Origin: Octopus vulgaris
Lineage: Eukaryota
Length of the DNA: 64,000 nt
Direction: 5' to 3'
Assembly: GCA_951406725.2 (NCBI GenBank)
Contig: OX597826.1
Coordinates: forward strand, 67,642,001-67,706,000
Shown: positions 13,164-27,009 of the stretch, in pieces
Layout of the letters: the number at the start of each line of letters is the position of its first letter
How positions within the stretch are numbered: the stretch's first letter is position 1
Made by a program: the position numbers and the translations under genes
Notes under the pieces: model-generated
Databases searched by the model: none
Told to the model about the DNA's origin: nothing
The model's input: only the letters and a program-made list of their open reading frames with translations

Positions 13164-13582
13164 TTTCTTACATTTTACTACCCACAAGGGGTTACACACC
13201 GAGGGGACAAACAACGACAGACAAACGGATTAAGTCGATTAATTCGACTCCAGTGCATAACTGGTACTTATTTAATCGACCCCGAAAGGATGAAAGGAAA
13301 ATTCGAACTCGTTGGAATTTGAACTCAGAACGTAGCGGCAGACGATATAACTATTTCTTTACTATCCCCTAAGTGGCTAAACACAGAAGGGACAAACAAG
13401 GACGTACAAACGGATAAATCGATTACATCGACCCCAGTGCGTAACTGGTACTTATTTAATCGACCCCGAAAGGATGAAAGGCAAAGTCGACCTCGGCGGA
13501 ATTTGAACTCAGAACGTAGCGGCAGACGAAGTACTGCTAAGTATTTCGCCCGGCGTGCTAACAGTTCTGCCAACTCGCCGCC
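13164..13582 (-). mobile_element. SINE family A, dimeric
   Basis: Reverse complement of the head GGCGGCGAGTTGGCAGAA followed by two ~184-bp units. Confidence 0.9.
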
Positions 13583-13732
13583 TTCCATCTGCCATCTCGA
13601 TAAGAAACGTCGTAGCAAAAAACAGTGTTTGTTATAATTTCTATAGAATATCTGTAGAAATAAGCTTATTTATCTATCTATCTATCTATCTATCTATATA
13701 TATATATATCTATATATCTATCTTTCTTTATT

Positions 13733-13768
<36 letters not shown>

Positions 13769-13942
13769 CCTCCCGCCCTACCACTCTCTCTTTATATATA
13801 TATACACTCACCTACATATCTATATATACTTACAGAAACAGAATTAGCAATATAAAACAAGTGATTTATTCATATATATACGTACATAGTTATATATGTG
13901 AGTGTGTGTGTGTATTTAGTTCGTATTTCTGTTCGTAGAATG

Positions 13943-13974
<32 letters not shown>

Positions 13975-14295
13975 AGGAAAATAGACTTAGATTTAATAAT
14001 AATAATATTTATTATTTGACGTTTCTCAGATTAATTGCATTTTCTACTACAAAACTACAACACAATAACTCAAGTCCTTCTCACAGTATTCTTTTGGATA
14101 TACAGTGATACACGAGAGATGCAATATATTGATTAACATTGATTAATTTTCATGAGATCTAATTCGAAATCGTCTTATATACTTATATATTCACACGCAC
14201 TCTTATACACGCATATACGAGTACACACACATTCTTTCTCTCACTCACACACACATACATACACTCAAACATATTCATACACACACACGTATGTA

Positions 14296-15575
14296 TTGGG
14301 TTGTCCGGAAATTTCGTGCCGATTTATAGTAACTTACCTTTCGTCTTATTTTAGAAGATGGTTGAGTCCATAAAATAGCATTTGACTACACCTCCATTTA
14401 GATCAGAGTTTAAGATATCTTTTAGTGGAAGAAGGTTTATGTTCCTATAACCTGTGTTAATTCTGTAACCCTTTAAAATAGAAGATAAGAAAGTTCATTT
14501 TCGGCACTTGATGCTTTTCTTTTTCCGTAAAGGGAAAAATGCCTCACAAGCAACCAAAGAAATATGTGCAGTTTACGGTGATGTTTCTTTATCCGAAAGA
14601 ACTGTACGGAAGTGGTTCGCAGATTTCCGAGTTGGAGATTGTAGCCTTATTGATAAACAGCAATCAGGCAGACCATCCACTACAGATGATGACCAAATCA
14701 AGTCATTAACTGAGAATAACCCACATTGCACAACCCGAGAATTGGCAGAAAACCTCAACCTATCAGAATCTGTTGTTCATGGGCGCCTGGTAAAGCTTGG
14801 GTACACAAATCGCTACGATGCTTGAGTACCACATGAGTTGAGCGAGAAGTACCTTCTAAAGCGCATTTCCATCGATGATTCGCTTTATAAACGGAATGAA
14901 AATGCGCCTTTTTTTAAAGCAAATTGTGGCAGGTGATGACAAATCAATTATCGATTGAAATGTTCAGAGAAAGCGATCCTTGAGTAAGCGACATGAGCCA
15001 CCCTTAGCCACACCAAAAGCGGTTCGTCACCCTAAAATATCTTGCTTTGTGTCCGGTGTGATTGGAAAGGAATTCTGTACTATGAGCTTCTCCCAAGTAT
15101 CCAGACAATTAATTCTGCACACAACTGCACACAAGTGGACGAGTTAAAAGCAGCAATTCAAGAGAAACGTCCAGAATTGGTCAACAGGAAGGGTGTTGTT
15201 TTCCAACATAATGCAAGACCGTACGTTTATTTGGGAACAGACACAAATTGCTGCAGTTCGGCTGGGATGTGCTATCCCACCTTCCATATTCAACAAATAT
15301 TGATCCTTCGGATTTCCACTTATTCAGGTCTCTGCAGAATAGTCTTAATGGTAAAAATTTAAATTCCTTGGATGACGTAAAAAGATACCTTGATGAATTT
15401 TTTGCCATGAAACTACCTCAATTCTGAGAAGAGGGTATTTTCAAGTTAAAGGAAAGATGGAGATGCATTGTGCAACAAAATGCTTCATATTTGGTTGATT
15501 AAAAATGTAATGGCAAGTATCTATTGACCTTTTTCTTTCCTTTAAAAATTGGCATGAACTTTCCGGACAACCCAA
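14296..15575 (+). mobile_element. Full-length mariner transposon (mellifera-like), 1280 bp
   Basis: ~30-bp TIRs TTGGGTTGTCCGGAAATTTCGTGCCGATTT / AAATTGGCATGAACTTTCCGGACAACCCAA with a left TA flank. Confidence 0.95.
14478..15502 (+). pseudogene. Mariner DD34D transposase pseudogene
   Basis: (ATA)EDKKVHFRHLMLFFFRKGKNASQATKEICAVYGD, *VPHEL (WVPHEL with W mutated to stop), IVAGDDK, VVFQHNARP and PYSTNIDPSDFHLFRSLQN. Several stops and frameshifts. Confidence 0.95.
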
Positions 15576-15604
15576 TTTATATATGCATACAATCATGCCA
15601 TCGG

Positions 15605-15772
15605 TTAACAAGTAGTATTGGTTTGTTTACGTCCCCTTAATCTAGCGTTTCGGCAAAAGAGACCTATAGAATAAGTACTACTAGACTTACAAAGAATGAG
15701 TCCCGATGTGGAGTTTTTCGATTAAAGGTGGTGCTCCAACATGGCCGCATTCAAATGGCTTGAAGAAATAAA
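15605..15772 (+). mobile_element. SINE family B, 3' fragment
   Basis: GTTTACGTCCCC...GGCAAAAGAGACC..AGAATAAGTACT...GGTGCTCCAACATGGCCGCA matches the 3' half of family B. Confidence 0.8.
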
Positions 15773-16037
15773 ATTGTAAAAGAAAATTAGAAATAGGCGC
15801 TAATTTTCGGCATTTTTTGAAACAAAGTTTGTATCTTTTATGAAAATTTTCCGTTGTTTGTGGTTGAGAAGAAAAACAGGAACCAAAAGGAGACTCTATG
15901 AAAATAATCAAACTTCGAACAGTCAAACCGAGTTCTTGTAGATTGCAGATATCTACTATTAATAGATTTGTGCCAATGTTATTTAATGACTTAAAAGGTA
16001 GAAACTTCTTAACTCGATGAGCTTACGGACAGAAACC

Positions 16038-16452
16038 GGCGGCGAGCTGGCAGAAACGTTAGCACGCCGGGTGAAATGCTTCGCGGTATTTCATCTGCCA
16101 CTACGTTGTGAGTTCAAATTCCGCCGAGGTCGACTTTGCCTTTCATTCTTTCGGGGTCGATTAAATAAGTACCAGTTACGTATTGGGGTCGATATAATCG
16201 ACTTAATCCCTTTGTCTGTCCTTCTTTGTCCTCTCTGTGTTTAGCCCCTTGTGGGTAGTAAAGAAATAGGTATTTCGTCTGCCGTTACATTCTGAGTTCA
16301 AATTCTGCCGAGGTCGACTTTGCTTTTCATCCTTTCGAGGTCAATATATTGAGTACCAGTTACGCACTGGGGTCGATGTAATCGACTTAATCCGTTTGTC
16401 TGTCGTTGTTTGCCCTCTCTGTGTTTAGCCCCTAGTGGGTAGTAAAGAAATA
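16038..16452 (+). mobile_element. SINE family A, dimeric, with TSD
   Basis: Head GGCGGCGAGCTGGCAGAA, units starting at 16085 and 16269, and TSD GGA(C/T)AGAAACC at 16027-16037 and 16453-16463. Confidence 0.92.
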
Positions 16453-17292
16453 GGATAGAAACCGTGATTGTTAGGTTTCTAAATTGTGTGTTCATAGTGG
16501 AATCAATATTGATTAATGACTGATCGATACTGGCTGAACTTTCATCTGCGATAAACTGAAAGCAACCATTGATTGGACCACTCAAACGCATTTAACCTAT
16601 ATTCATGAATCAAACGCTCATATATTCCAAATAGGATTCCTGATCCAATGCCTGTTCAGTTCCTTTCAAGTCATCTTTATTTTATCTGCTAACCTTATTA
16701 TCTCGTGCATCTTCTACTACTCAACAAGCTAGGATTGCAAAAGAAGTAATTAGTAGCAAATAAACAAACAAACCCATACCCAAACCTGCACACAAACCGT
16801 ACCAAACAATAACAGACAGAAAATATTTACAAACACGAAAGTCAAATCCCAACAGTAATCTGCAACATCTTGCAAGTGTTATCTCCCGTTGCTCCATTCT
16901 TTTCGCAGTGAAGGGTATTAATAGCTTAATAAGAAATACTGTGAAAACCGCTGAATTATTTATGTCGTGAAAACAACAAGTCAACGTATACACACGCATA
17001 CACAAATGCATATTCATGCACATATGTGTGTGTATGTGCATACATATATATATGTGTGTGTCAGTATATGTGTATATGGACATACAAATACAGTGAGAGA
17101 GAGAGATAGACATATGCAGACATGCATGTATCTATTTGAGAGAGTGAGTGTCTGTGTATGCGTATGTGTTACAAACAGGAATTGAATAACGCATGCGTAT
17201 TTCAATAACTTTACGACTGATTTATACTTCAAACTTCAGCCTTTAAGTTTTTGCATTCATTTATTTTTCTGCCAAATATAATATACACACGT

Positions 17293-17352
<60 letters not shown>

Positions 17353-17366
17353 GTATATATATATAT

Positions 17367-17502
<136 letters not shown>

Positions 17503-17554
17503 TATATGTATATATATATATATGTATATATATGTAGTATATGTATATATGTAG

Positions 17555-17602
<48 letters not shown>

Positions 17603-18137
17603 AGAATATATGTTTGGGTGTATTTGTGTGTGTGTGCGAGGGAGAAGTGTGTGAATGTGTGTGTGCGTGTTTGTATGTATGCGCATGCACACTCCCTTAT
17701 ACTCGGGAAAACATGGACTGATACGTCAGCACACACATATATGCATACACACAATTATATATCTTTCGTTCCGCTGGAGCTTTGGAATGTCATTTTAACT
17801 GTCGAATTTCCAACTTCAAATTAAATTTAAAAGAGGAACTGAAAAAATATAAAAGAAAGAAAAAATTTCTTGCCAAAAAAAAATAATAATAAAATAAAAT
17901 AAAATAAGAAAAAATTTGGAGGGAAAATTAGCAGATCAAAACAAAAATATAATTCAGCAAAAGAGTAAATAACAAATAAAAGTAAAACATGGAAAAAAAA
18001 TAAATTTGAAAATATTATAAAACAAAAGGAAAAATTCGTGTGAAAAATAAATCTTAAAATTAAAATAGAAATTAATTTAAGAAAATAGAAACGACATCCA
18101 CTGGAGCCCCTTCTCCGAACAAATAATTTTTGTATTA

Positions 18138-18250
18138 TTGATCGAGTTGTTGTTGTTGCTGTTGTTGTTGTTGTTGTTGTTGATGGTGGTGGTGGTAGTG
18201 GTGGCGGTGATGATAATGTTGATGATTCTAGTGCCGATGATGAAGATGAA

Positions 18251-18283
<33 letters not shown>

Positions 18284-18315
18284 AGTGATGATGATGATGA
18301 TGATGATGATGATGT

Positions 18316-18347
<32 letters not shown>

Positions 18348-18683
18348 TTGATGACGGTGATGGTGGTGATGTTGCCTGTTTCTGCAGCTTCTGTTGTTGT
18401 TGTTGTTGTTGTTGCTCTTACTGTTGTTAGCGATTTTTCTTTTGCGTTTGCAATTTTTGTGTGGGGGTAAATTAAAAATACATTGCACTCACTGATTTTG
18501 CCTTTCGATTTTTTTTCTTTTCTTTATGATGATGATGATGAGGAGGATGTTGACGCCGATCAGGATCACAACTATAACTAGCAGCGTCGTCGTCACCTTC
18601 GTACACCCCTTCCTCCTCTTACTCCCCTTACTCCTCCCCATCATCATCCTCATCATAATCACCATCATTATCAGTTTCATCCG

Positions 18684-18735
<52 letters not shown>

Positions 18736-19092
18736 GTCGTCGTCGTCGTCGTCGTCAACATCATTAACAACATCACTGTCGTTTTGAAGGTGTTGATGAA
18801 TTGTTTAATGAATGATGATGATGATGAGGAGGAAGAGGACGCCGACGACCACGACGAAGACAACGATGGAAATGATGATGATGATGAAGAGAATAACTAC
18901 GAGGAGGATAATGACACCGGCGACGACAAGAATGATGATGAAGGCAGAGATGATGGTGATGACAACGACGACGACGGAGGTGACGATTATGAGGACGATG
19001 ATGATGATGACGACGGTGATGATCTTGATGATGACGGTGGTGGTGTTGATAGTTATCTTGATGACAGTGACGATGCTGCTGCCGTTGCTACT

Positions 19093-19123
<31 letters not shown>

Positions 19124-19570
19124 CATGTGCATTCTTGTTGCATCTAATGAAGATGTTACTGTCGGTGAAGTCCGTCCTCCTCAAAAAAAAAAAAGCCCCA
19201 TCCGTACAGATACGATGATGCTGTTATTGTTCTCCATGTTGTTGTAGTTGTACTAGCTGCCATTGATGTTTATATTTTTTTCCTTGTTCTTGAGGTTCTC
19301 CGTTGTTTCTTGGTGTGACTGCCTTTGTTGTTGCAGTTCCTGTTGTTATTGTACTTGCCGTTGATGTTGTTGTAGTTGTTCTTTATAGTGACTACAGTAT
19401 CTGGAATTTCGCTGCCGATGTTCTTGTTGCTGTTGTTGTGTCTTTTGATGAAGCAATTACTATTTCTATTATTGTTGTTGTTTGACTCAATTTCTTTTTT
19501 GCTTTGTCTTCAGTATTGTTGTTGTTGTTGTTGTTGATGTTGGGTTTTTTTTTTAGTTGTTGTTTTCGTT
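18138..19570. repeat. Patchwork of (GTT)n, (GAT)n, (CAT)n and (GAC)n cryptic trinucleotide repeats
   Basis: Trinucleotide runs with strand switches. The homopolymeric ORFs here are artefacts of the repeats. Confidence 0.9.
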
Positions 19571-20106
19571 TTTGTTAGAGCTTCTTTGAAGTTTTTGTTG
19601 CCGTCTTATTTATTTTTCTTTCTTTGCTATTTGTGGCTGTCTTTGACGACTGCAAGTGGTGCAGTACAGAGAAATCTACAGATGATTTTACAGCCGGCAT
19701 ATATGCACATACATGCACAAATATGTGTTGCTGAACCTTCAAACGAACAAACAAATTCAATATAATAGCACACACACAGCTACCCCAAGCATATAGTGGG
19801 ACAGACGTACATACGTATTTTACTACACTTTGGCGAGAATTGAGGAATAGAATATAGGGGTGTGAGGGTGGGTGTTTGGAATATAAAAGAACATGATTAA
19901 AGAGTAAAGGTACCAAGAATCAAGGAGGAAGTTAAGAGTATACATACACATATACATATATGTGTGTATGTGTACATTTATATGCACATATACATGAGAA
20001 GAAATGCATATATAACCATACAGACACAAACATATATATATATGTGTGTGTGTGTGTGGAGAGAGAGAGAAAAACACACATCTATATATGTATATATGTA
20101 TATATG

Positions 20107-20153
<47 letters not shown>

Positions 20154-20478
20154 ATATATATATATATACGTACCTATATACATACACAAATAGTATACAT
20201 ATATGCTTATAGCTATACACACATACACCAATGCATATACATGAATGTATACACAAATGCACACGCACATATATACATTGTGAAAGAGAGAGTGTGACAT
20301 AACACGCACTCACACATACATACATACATACATACATACATACATACATGCATATATGTATATATACGCATAAACACTCACTTTCACCAATAACTATGTG
20401 TGCGTATGTATATATACATATATTATATAAAACCACCCCAATACACACATACGCCTTCCTATGTGTGTACATATTCAT

Positions 20479-20509
<31 letters not shown>

Positions 20510-20511
20510 CC

Positions 20512-20550
<39 letters not shown>

Positions 20551-21011
20551 GTATATATATAAAAATATGTGTATATCGGTCGATGTAAGTGAGCGTATAT
20601 ATAATCGTATGTATGTGCATGTATTTCTTAGGCAATTTCGGTTCACACAATTGCATCGTCATAGAATAATATTGGACATTATGTCTTATGTTTATTCTTG
20701 AATTCCCTTTCATTTTATTATTTTATAACACTAATAAATATCATTAGATACCACAATCTTTCGTCTTTACATCTGCAACCAAGTCTCTGATATCTTTCCC
20801 CATTGCTGACGACATTCTAACACATAGTTTGCAATAAACTATCAGTGGCCAATTCCCATAAGTACAACGAACACAAAATTGCCAGCTCTAAGATTATGTA
20901 TTTCGTATCTGTACGTCCGCATATTAGAATATGATAGCCAAACATTATGTGTTGATATTATTAATAACAATAACAACAACAACAACAATAATATTAATAA
21001 ATAATAATAAT

Positions 21012-21078
<67 letters not shown>

Positions 21079-21542
21079 GTAGTCAGGATAATGAACCAAA
21101 TCTAAGTGCAGGCATTAGGTTGGTGAACTTTCTGGTGATTTACAGGATACACACACCTGCCCACGAACGCAAGTACACACGCACGCATGTACACACGCAC
21201 GCAAGTACACACGCACGCAAGCACTTGTACGCAGGTACACATACAACACATGCTGTTAAATTAATAACAGCAATAAATGACAGAGTTTGTGTGTAATCAG
21301 GAAGTGAATATTATGTGGTATACAGTAACTTCACACAATATTAATAGGCCGAAATAATAATATGAAATGAAATAAAATGAAAAATGCTACTAACTAGAAG
21401 CGTAGTTGATGATGATTTTCAGCTTTGATGCTTCATTCGTTATCATTTTCGACTTCATAACCCTTCATAACCCTTCATAAAACGAACTACTTGCGTTTTC
21501 ATCGATAGGCGTACAGCAGTCTATAGCATTGTTCCTTACATA

Positions 21543-21925
21543 TCTTTATATATAAAAGTCAAGTTGTGTGTCTGTCTCCTACGATTTAGATTCCTAACTA
21601 CTCCCACATTTTGCGGTGCAGTTTAACCAAAACCGGGTATCTTATAGTCGTGATTCATATCGAGCACTTCTGGGTATTAGCGCGCGTCTACGATGAGTCT
21701 ACGATTTTTTAAAATATTTATCATTTTTTTCCATTTTAATGCATTTTTTCGCTATTATATAAGGGAGGTAACTCTCTAAAGATGTCTACGATGAGTCAAT
21801 GATTTAAAAAAAAATTACCATAATTTTTTTTCCATTTCTTTGCTATTTTTTGGCTATAACTCTGTAAAAATGCTTATATAGTTATTTCCCTTACAAACCC
21901 GAGCAACGCCGGGTGATACTGCTGG
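21543..21925 (+). mobile_element. Non-autonomous Helitron
   Basis: A|TC 5' end, subterminal hairpin CCCGAGCAACGCCGGG (21898-21913), CTGG|T 3' end and no TSD. A second copy lies at 61818-62214. Confidence 0.88.
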
Positions 21926-22217
21926 TCCTAAATATACAATTTCCTGTGTCAAACCTCCGAACAGTTCAGGACGCTGAACTGTCTTATAATGAGATGTTTT
22001 TTTCCTGGATACAGGGTTTTGTAGCTTCATAAGCCACATCAACTCTACTGACCTTTTTGTTTTTGTTTTTCTTCCTGATTTCTTGTGAATATTAATCTAT
22101 CCTGGATTATTGCCTTGAGTGAGGTTCCATTCTGAAAGTGCTTCGCTCGTCTGGCGAGTAAACTCTCGCTTGGTCCTTCCAAAATAAATCTGTCTACATT
22201 AACAAAATAACTTACTT

Positions 22218-22553
22218 TTTACTCTTTTCTTTTACTTGTTTCAGTCATTTGACTGTGGCCATGCTGGAGCACCACCTTTAGTCGAGCAAAACGATCCCAG
22301 GACTTATTCTTCGTAAGCTTAGTACTTATTCTATCGGTCACTTTTGCCAAACCGCTAAATTACGGGGATGTAACACACCAGCATCGGTTGTCAAGCGATG
22401 TTGGGGGAACAAACACAGACACACAATCGTATACACACACACACATATATATACATATATACGACGGGCTTCTTTCAGTTTCCGTCTACAAAATCCACCT
22501 ACAAGGCTTTGGTCGGCCCGAGGTTATAGTAGAAGACACTTGCTCAAGGTGCC
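22218..22553 (-). mobile_element. SINE family B (CORE-like), 5'-truncated
   Basis: Matches the family B consensus up to CAAGGTGCCA. Confidence 0.88.
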
Positions 22554-23426
22554 ATATAAACAATATTTTCCCCCCATATATTAATCGATCGTCGCCAGGA
22601 AATTCCTAGCTATATTCGACAGCAGATACTTTTTATGATATGCTGACGAAAGGGCATTAATTGTTTTAGAGTATAGACAGGCCTTCTTATTTCGCATCCT
22701 ACTTTCCATCCGTTTCGACCTTTCATAATGCTACCACTAAACAGGCAAACGATTAGTTATGAATGCTATTTCATAATTTTTAATGAACTTTTACTACAGA
22801 ATGCAACGAAAACTACATTCCTATTGTGCTTAAGCTGCATCCCATTACGCAGCCGATCCACTGTCTCCAAAATACCTAACAGTCATCGAATTGCCCGCTC
22901 AGTACGTAAGCCGAACTGGCTTATATGAACGATGATCATTTACCATTCAATGGTAATCAACCTTACTTAGATGTCATGGCTACCTCACCACTTCGTAATG
23001 ATCAAACGTGCTTTTTGCACCTATGAGATATTTAGCAACACATATCCATGTTAAAATGTTAAGAGAAACTTAAGCCCATATATGGTAAGGACACATTTGT
23101 TTCACTTGGGGGCATACCTTTATGATCGCTTACCTATCTTAATGACCGATCGACGGTGAACAAACTTCTATATTTGCTGAAAAACCTCCAGTTCCGTAGC
23201 GTTAATGATGCTTTATATGACACAACTTGAATAAAAAGATATGTATGATAAAATTGATATGCAAGTAAAATTACGACAACGCATCTATCAACGTATCCGC
23301 AGTTAAATTTGCTTTATGTTCTTTTCTCAGATAAAAGAACTCGAGAATTCTGAAGCGTAATAACCTGATGAAAGAATGAAAATTGCAGCACTGCTCAAGA
23401 TAATTCCTAATCATTTTGCACATTTT

Positions 23427-23850
23427 GCGTAGGATTGGCTGTGTGGTAAGAAGCTTGCTTACCAGCCAAATGGTTCCGGGTTCAGTCCCACTGCGTGGCA
23501 CCTTGGGAAAGTGTCTTCTACTATAGCATCCGGCCGACCAAAGCCTTGTGAGTCGATTTGGTAGACGGAATCTGAAAGAAACCTGTCGTATATATGTATA
23601 CGCATATATATGTATGTGTGTGTATATATGTTTATGTGTCTGCGTTTGTCCCACAAACATCGCTTGACAACCGATGCTGGTGTGTTTACCTCCCCGTAAC
23701 TTAGCGGTTCAGCAAAAGAGACCGATAGAATAAGTACTAGGCTTACAAAGAATAATTTCTGGGGTCGATTTGCTCGACTAAAGGCGGTGTTCGAGCATGG
23801 CCACAGTCAAATGACTGAAACAATTAAAAGAGTAAAAGAGTAAAAGAGTA
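23427..23850 (+). mobile_element. SINE family B (tRNA-derived, CORE-like)
   Basis: A-box TGGCTGTGTGG, B-box-like GGTTCAGTCCC, CORE-like ACCTTGGGAAAGTGTCTT, an internal TA/TG tract and an (AAAGAGT)n tail. Confidence 0.92.
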
Positions 23851-24647
23851 TTTCTATGGCAAAAATTTAAAATAATCTTCTAAGATACACACTTTTGTTG
23901 ATAAAGTAAAGAATATATGAAAGGAAAACCGCTACACACACCAAGTTTGTACCTAACAAAACCAAACCAACAAAATGCAGAAATATAGACGATGCAACAT
24001 AAAATATTATGATTGGAATGAAGCCTCATGCTTCTCTTTTCAAGTCAAAAGACCGTGTAGCACGCCCAGCCATATGACAGTGTCATCACCTGTAAAGAAC
24101 AGAAATGTGCTTTCATTTTCAAGTGTGAATGCCGGCTAATTAAGCATTTTAGCAGAAAGATTGGCATATCAAGCAAGAGTATTCTCGAAGCCATCAATGC
24201 AGTTATCACATGTCCGCAATTAGCTCAACGAAAATGCAGAGCTGCCATGAACAGCTGGGTCATCGGTGCTAGGAAATAATCTGGCACACAAAATTTCATA
24301 TCAATGTTTCCTATGCATTTTATTGATATCCCTCCTCATGAAAGCTACGGACTTCTAGGGGGCAATTAACTTAAATAAACACCTTCAAAACAAAAATGAT
24401 CAGGAACACGAAGCTTGTTCGTTATTTTGCGTCTCTGTGGGAATTTATGATGGGAATGAAGTCGTTGATCTCTTTGGAATATTTATTCTTGGTACTCACA
24501 ATAATGCACATCCACAGCCGAGATGTTCCGAGCCGTATAAACCGCTCCGCTGTTGGTACATTTAAGAAGGCTTTGTCATGAACCATTGGTTCTTTGGTTT
24601 AAACATAACTACGGCCAGCAACCTAACCACGGTCAACTTAATGCATT

Positions 24648-25055
24648 CTTTTACTCTTTCACTTGTTTCAGTCATTTGACTGTGGCCATGCTGCAGCACC
24701 GCCTTTAGTCGAGCAAATCGACCCCAGGACTCATTCTTTGTAAGCCTAGTACTTATTTTATCGGTCTCTTTTGCCAAACCGCTAAGTTACGGGGATATAA
24801 AAACACCACTATCGATTGTCAAGCGATGTTGGGTGGACAAACACAGATGCACAAACAGATACACACACGTATATATATTTATACATATATACGGCGGGCT
24901 TCTTTCAATTACCGTCTACCAAATCCACTCACAAGGTTTTGGTCGGCCCGAGGCTATAGTAGAAGACACTTGCCCAAGTTGCCACGCAGTGGAACTGAAC
25001 CCAGGACCATGTTGTTGATAAGCAAGCGACTTACCACACAGACACTCCTACGCCT
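24648..25055 (-). mobile_element. SINE family B
   Basis: Full-length reverse copy. Confidence 0.92.
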
Positions 25056-25072
25056 ATGATATAAATGTGTGA

Positions 25073-25191
25073 TGCTTACAGCACCTAGGTTTCCAAAGCG
25101 CTCACCCATCTAAGTACTAACTAGGCTCGACATTGCTTAAATTCGGTGATCGGACGAGAACCGGTGCTTTCAACGTGATATGGCCGTATGT
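25073..25191 (-). pseudogene. Dispersed 5S rRNA copy (probable pseudogene)
   Basis: Minus strand ACATACGGCCATATCACGTTGAAAGCACCGGTTCTCGTCCGATCACCGAA...TTAGTACTTAGATGGGTGAGCGC...GGTGCTGTAAGCA is a 119-nt, mollusc-like 5S. It has substitutions in the internal control region and no oligo-T terminator. Confidence 0.92.
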
Positions 25192-27009
25192 TATTTAAAA
25201 CTTTTAAAACAGGCAAGTATTGCCTCTATACAAAATCAAAAGTATAGACTGCATATAATCATCTTCATAGATATTCCAGTCCGACTATCAAATATCTTTA
25301 GAAAATCAGCAGCTGACATAAGCTTGTGTAGCTCGAATCTATCCTCTGAGATAACAACGATAGAGCTGAATGCTATGAAGGATTGCCTATAATTAAAATT
25401 TAGTATACACCAATAAATATTTAGTATACACCACACGTATCGTCGAACAGAATTACGAACAGAAAGAAAAATGTTTAAATTCTGCGTCCAGTCTATTTCT
25501 TTTTATATATAACGAGGAAGTCTTTATCACTGGTTAGGAAACGCTTTAGAAATTCGCATAAATACTACAAGATTTTTTAATGAGCGTAATGTAAAAGGTA
25601 GATACTTTTGTTTACAGAGCAAAGATTTGTAGAGTATCGACTACTTCACACAAAATATACACCTATGCAAAACTATTCTACAGCAAACCTGGATTTGCTG
25701 AAGTTAATCCACATCTGCGATGAGTGGATTTCATTTTATTGCCGCACTTGATGACATTTCGAGAAAATATACAGGAGTTACACCGAATCATTTCAAAATT
25801 TCAAAGGGAGTGTCCATCGCCACCCTTTCTCAGCTGACTTTGGTAGCTGGGATATAACAAGTCAACTATAATGTAGAACATTCTGAACAACGGCGCTCCT
25901 AAAAAGTCCGTGCAACTTCAATATTTTCTCTACACAAAAAATTCCACATATTCTATTAGTCCGTTTTTCCCATAGCCATTAGCTGTTAATAGTATTTGTT
26001 AGTCCTGATGAGGTTTAAACTTTTACAAGAGTTTATGGAAAAAAAACGCAAGGGGACTCCTCATACCTGCATTGCTTTAACTCTTTCCTAGGCGTTAAAC
26101 ATTGTCAGTCACTATAAAACCTAGCAGTTGGAGAATAACTGGCTTATACATGTGTTCCAAAATGATAAAAAAGAACGAGAAGTACATATTATGCAATGAA
26201 AATGATAGCGAGCTTTAGCAAGAAAATTTGGATGCCCACACAACCGGTGTTTCCATTTCCGAAACGTTAGAAATGTTTAGTTTTACGATTTGGGTAATTT
26301 TAGCGATGCAAATTTGAGTCAAACACTATATACAAATATTGATGTATGCATATGCATTTCCACATTAATACATGCACCCACACATATATGAAAGAACGCG
26401 TATATATATATATATGTGTGTGTTTGTGTGTGTGTGTGTATGTATGTGTGTGTGTGTGTGTATGTGTGTGATTGAGCGTTGAATAAAGTTACAACATGGT
26501 TTGGTTTTAACGTTTTTTAATTATTGTATTTAAAAAAATGTTTTTAGAATGTTAAGTTTGTTAAAGAGCAAGAAAAATACTTTGTAATGTTCATAAAATT
26601 CAATAACCGCTTTCATACGTTCGGAGTAATCAGTAGATTTCAAAATAGATTAACTGATAGTTAAGTTGAGTGCTTGATAAATTGTAGCAAACTGACTGTC
26701 TTCCTTTTTATACCTTTTAGAAGGCTCCGATCGGCTGAATTTTTCGAATACAGTTGTCATCAATCAGCTTGCATATTAAACGTCACGCGTTGCCGAGCGC
26801 ACCGATATTACTGGCATAGATCCCGCCTTTATTTTAACCATTTATCTTGCGGTGTAGATGTAATGGTTTTATGAGTGAGCAAACTTAGTTGGTTTCGATC
26901 GTTTTTATTTCAATCGGTGGGAGTCTTCTGTAATTTGTCTATATTCATATCTTAAAGATATATTTTAATCTACATCATTAACTGGTTGTTATAATATTGT
27001 TGTTATTTC

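Noticed and set aside
18526-19218. 230-aa ORF with an acidic poly-Asp region
   Set aside because: It is composed of CAT/GAT/GAC repeats, with no recognisable domain or splice context.
24123-24279. Short open frame CECRLIKHFSRK...GARK* after TTTTCAAG
   Set aside because: The acceptor is weak (AAG), the peptide is unrecognised, and the length is compatible with chance.
26004-26030. CTGATGAG hammerhead box
   Set aside because: No GAAA box follows the putative stem II.
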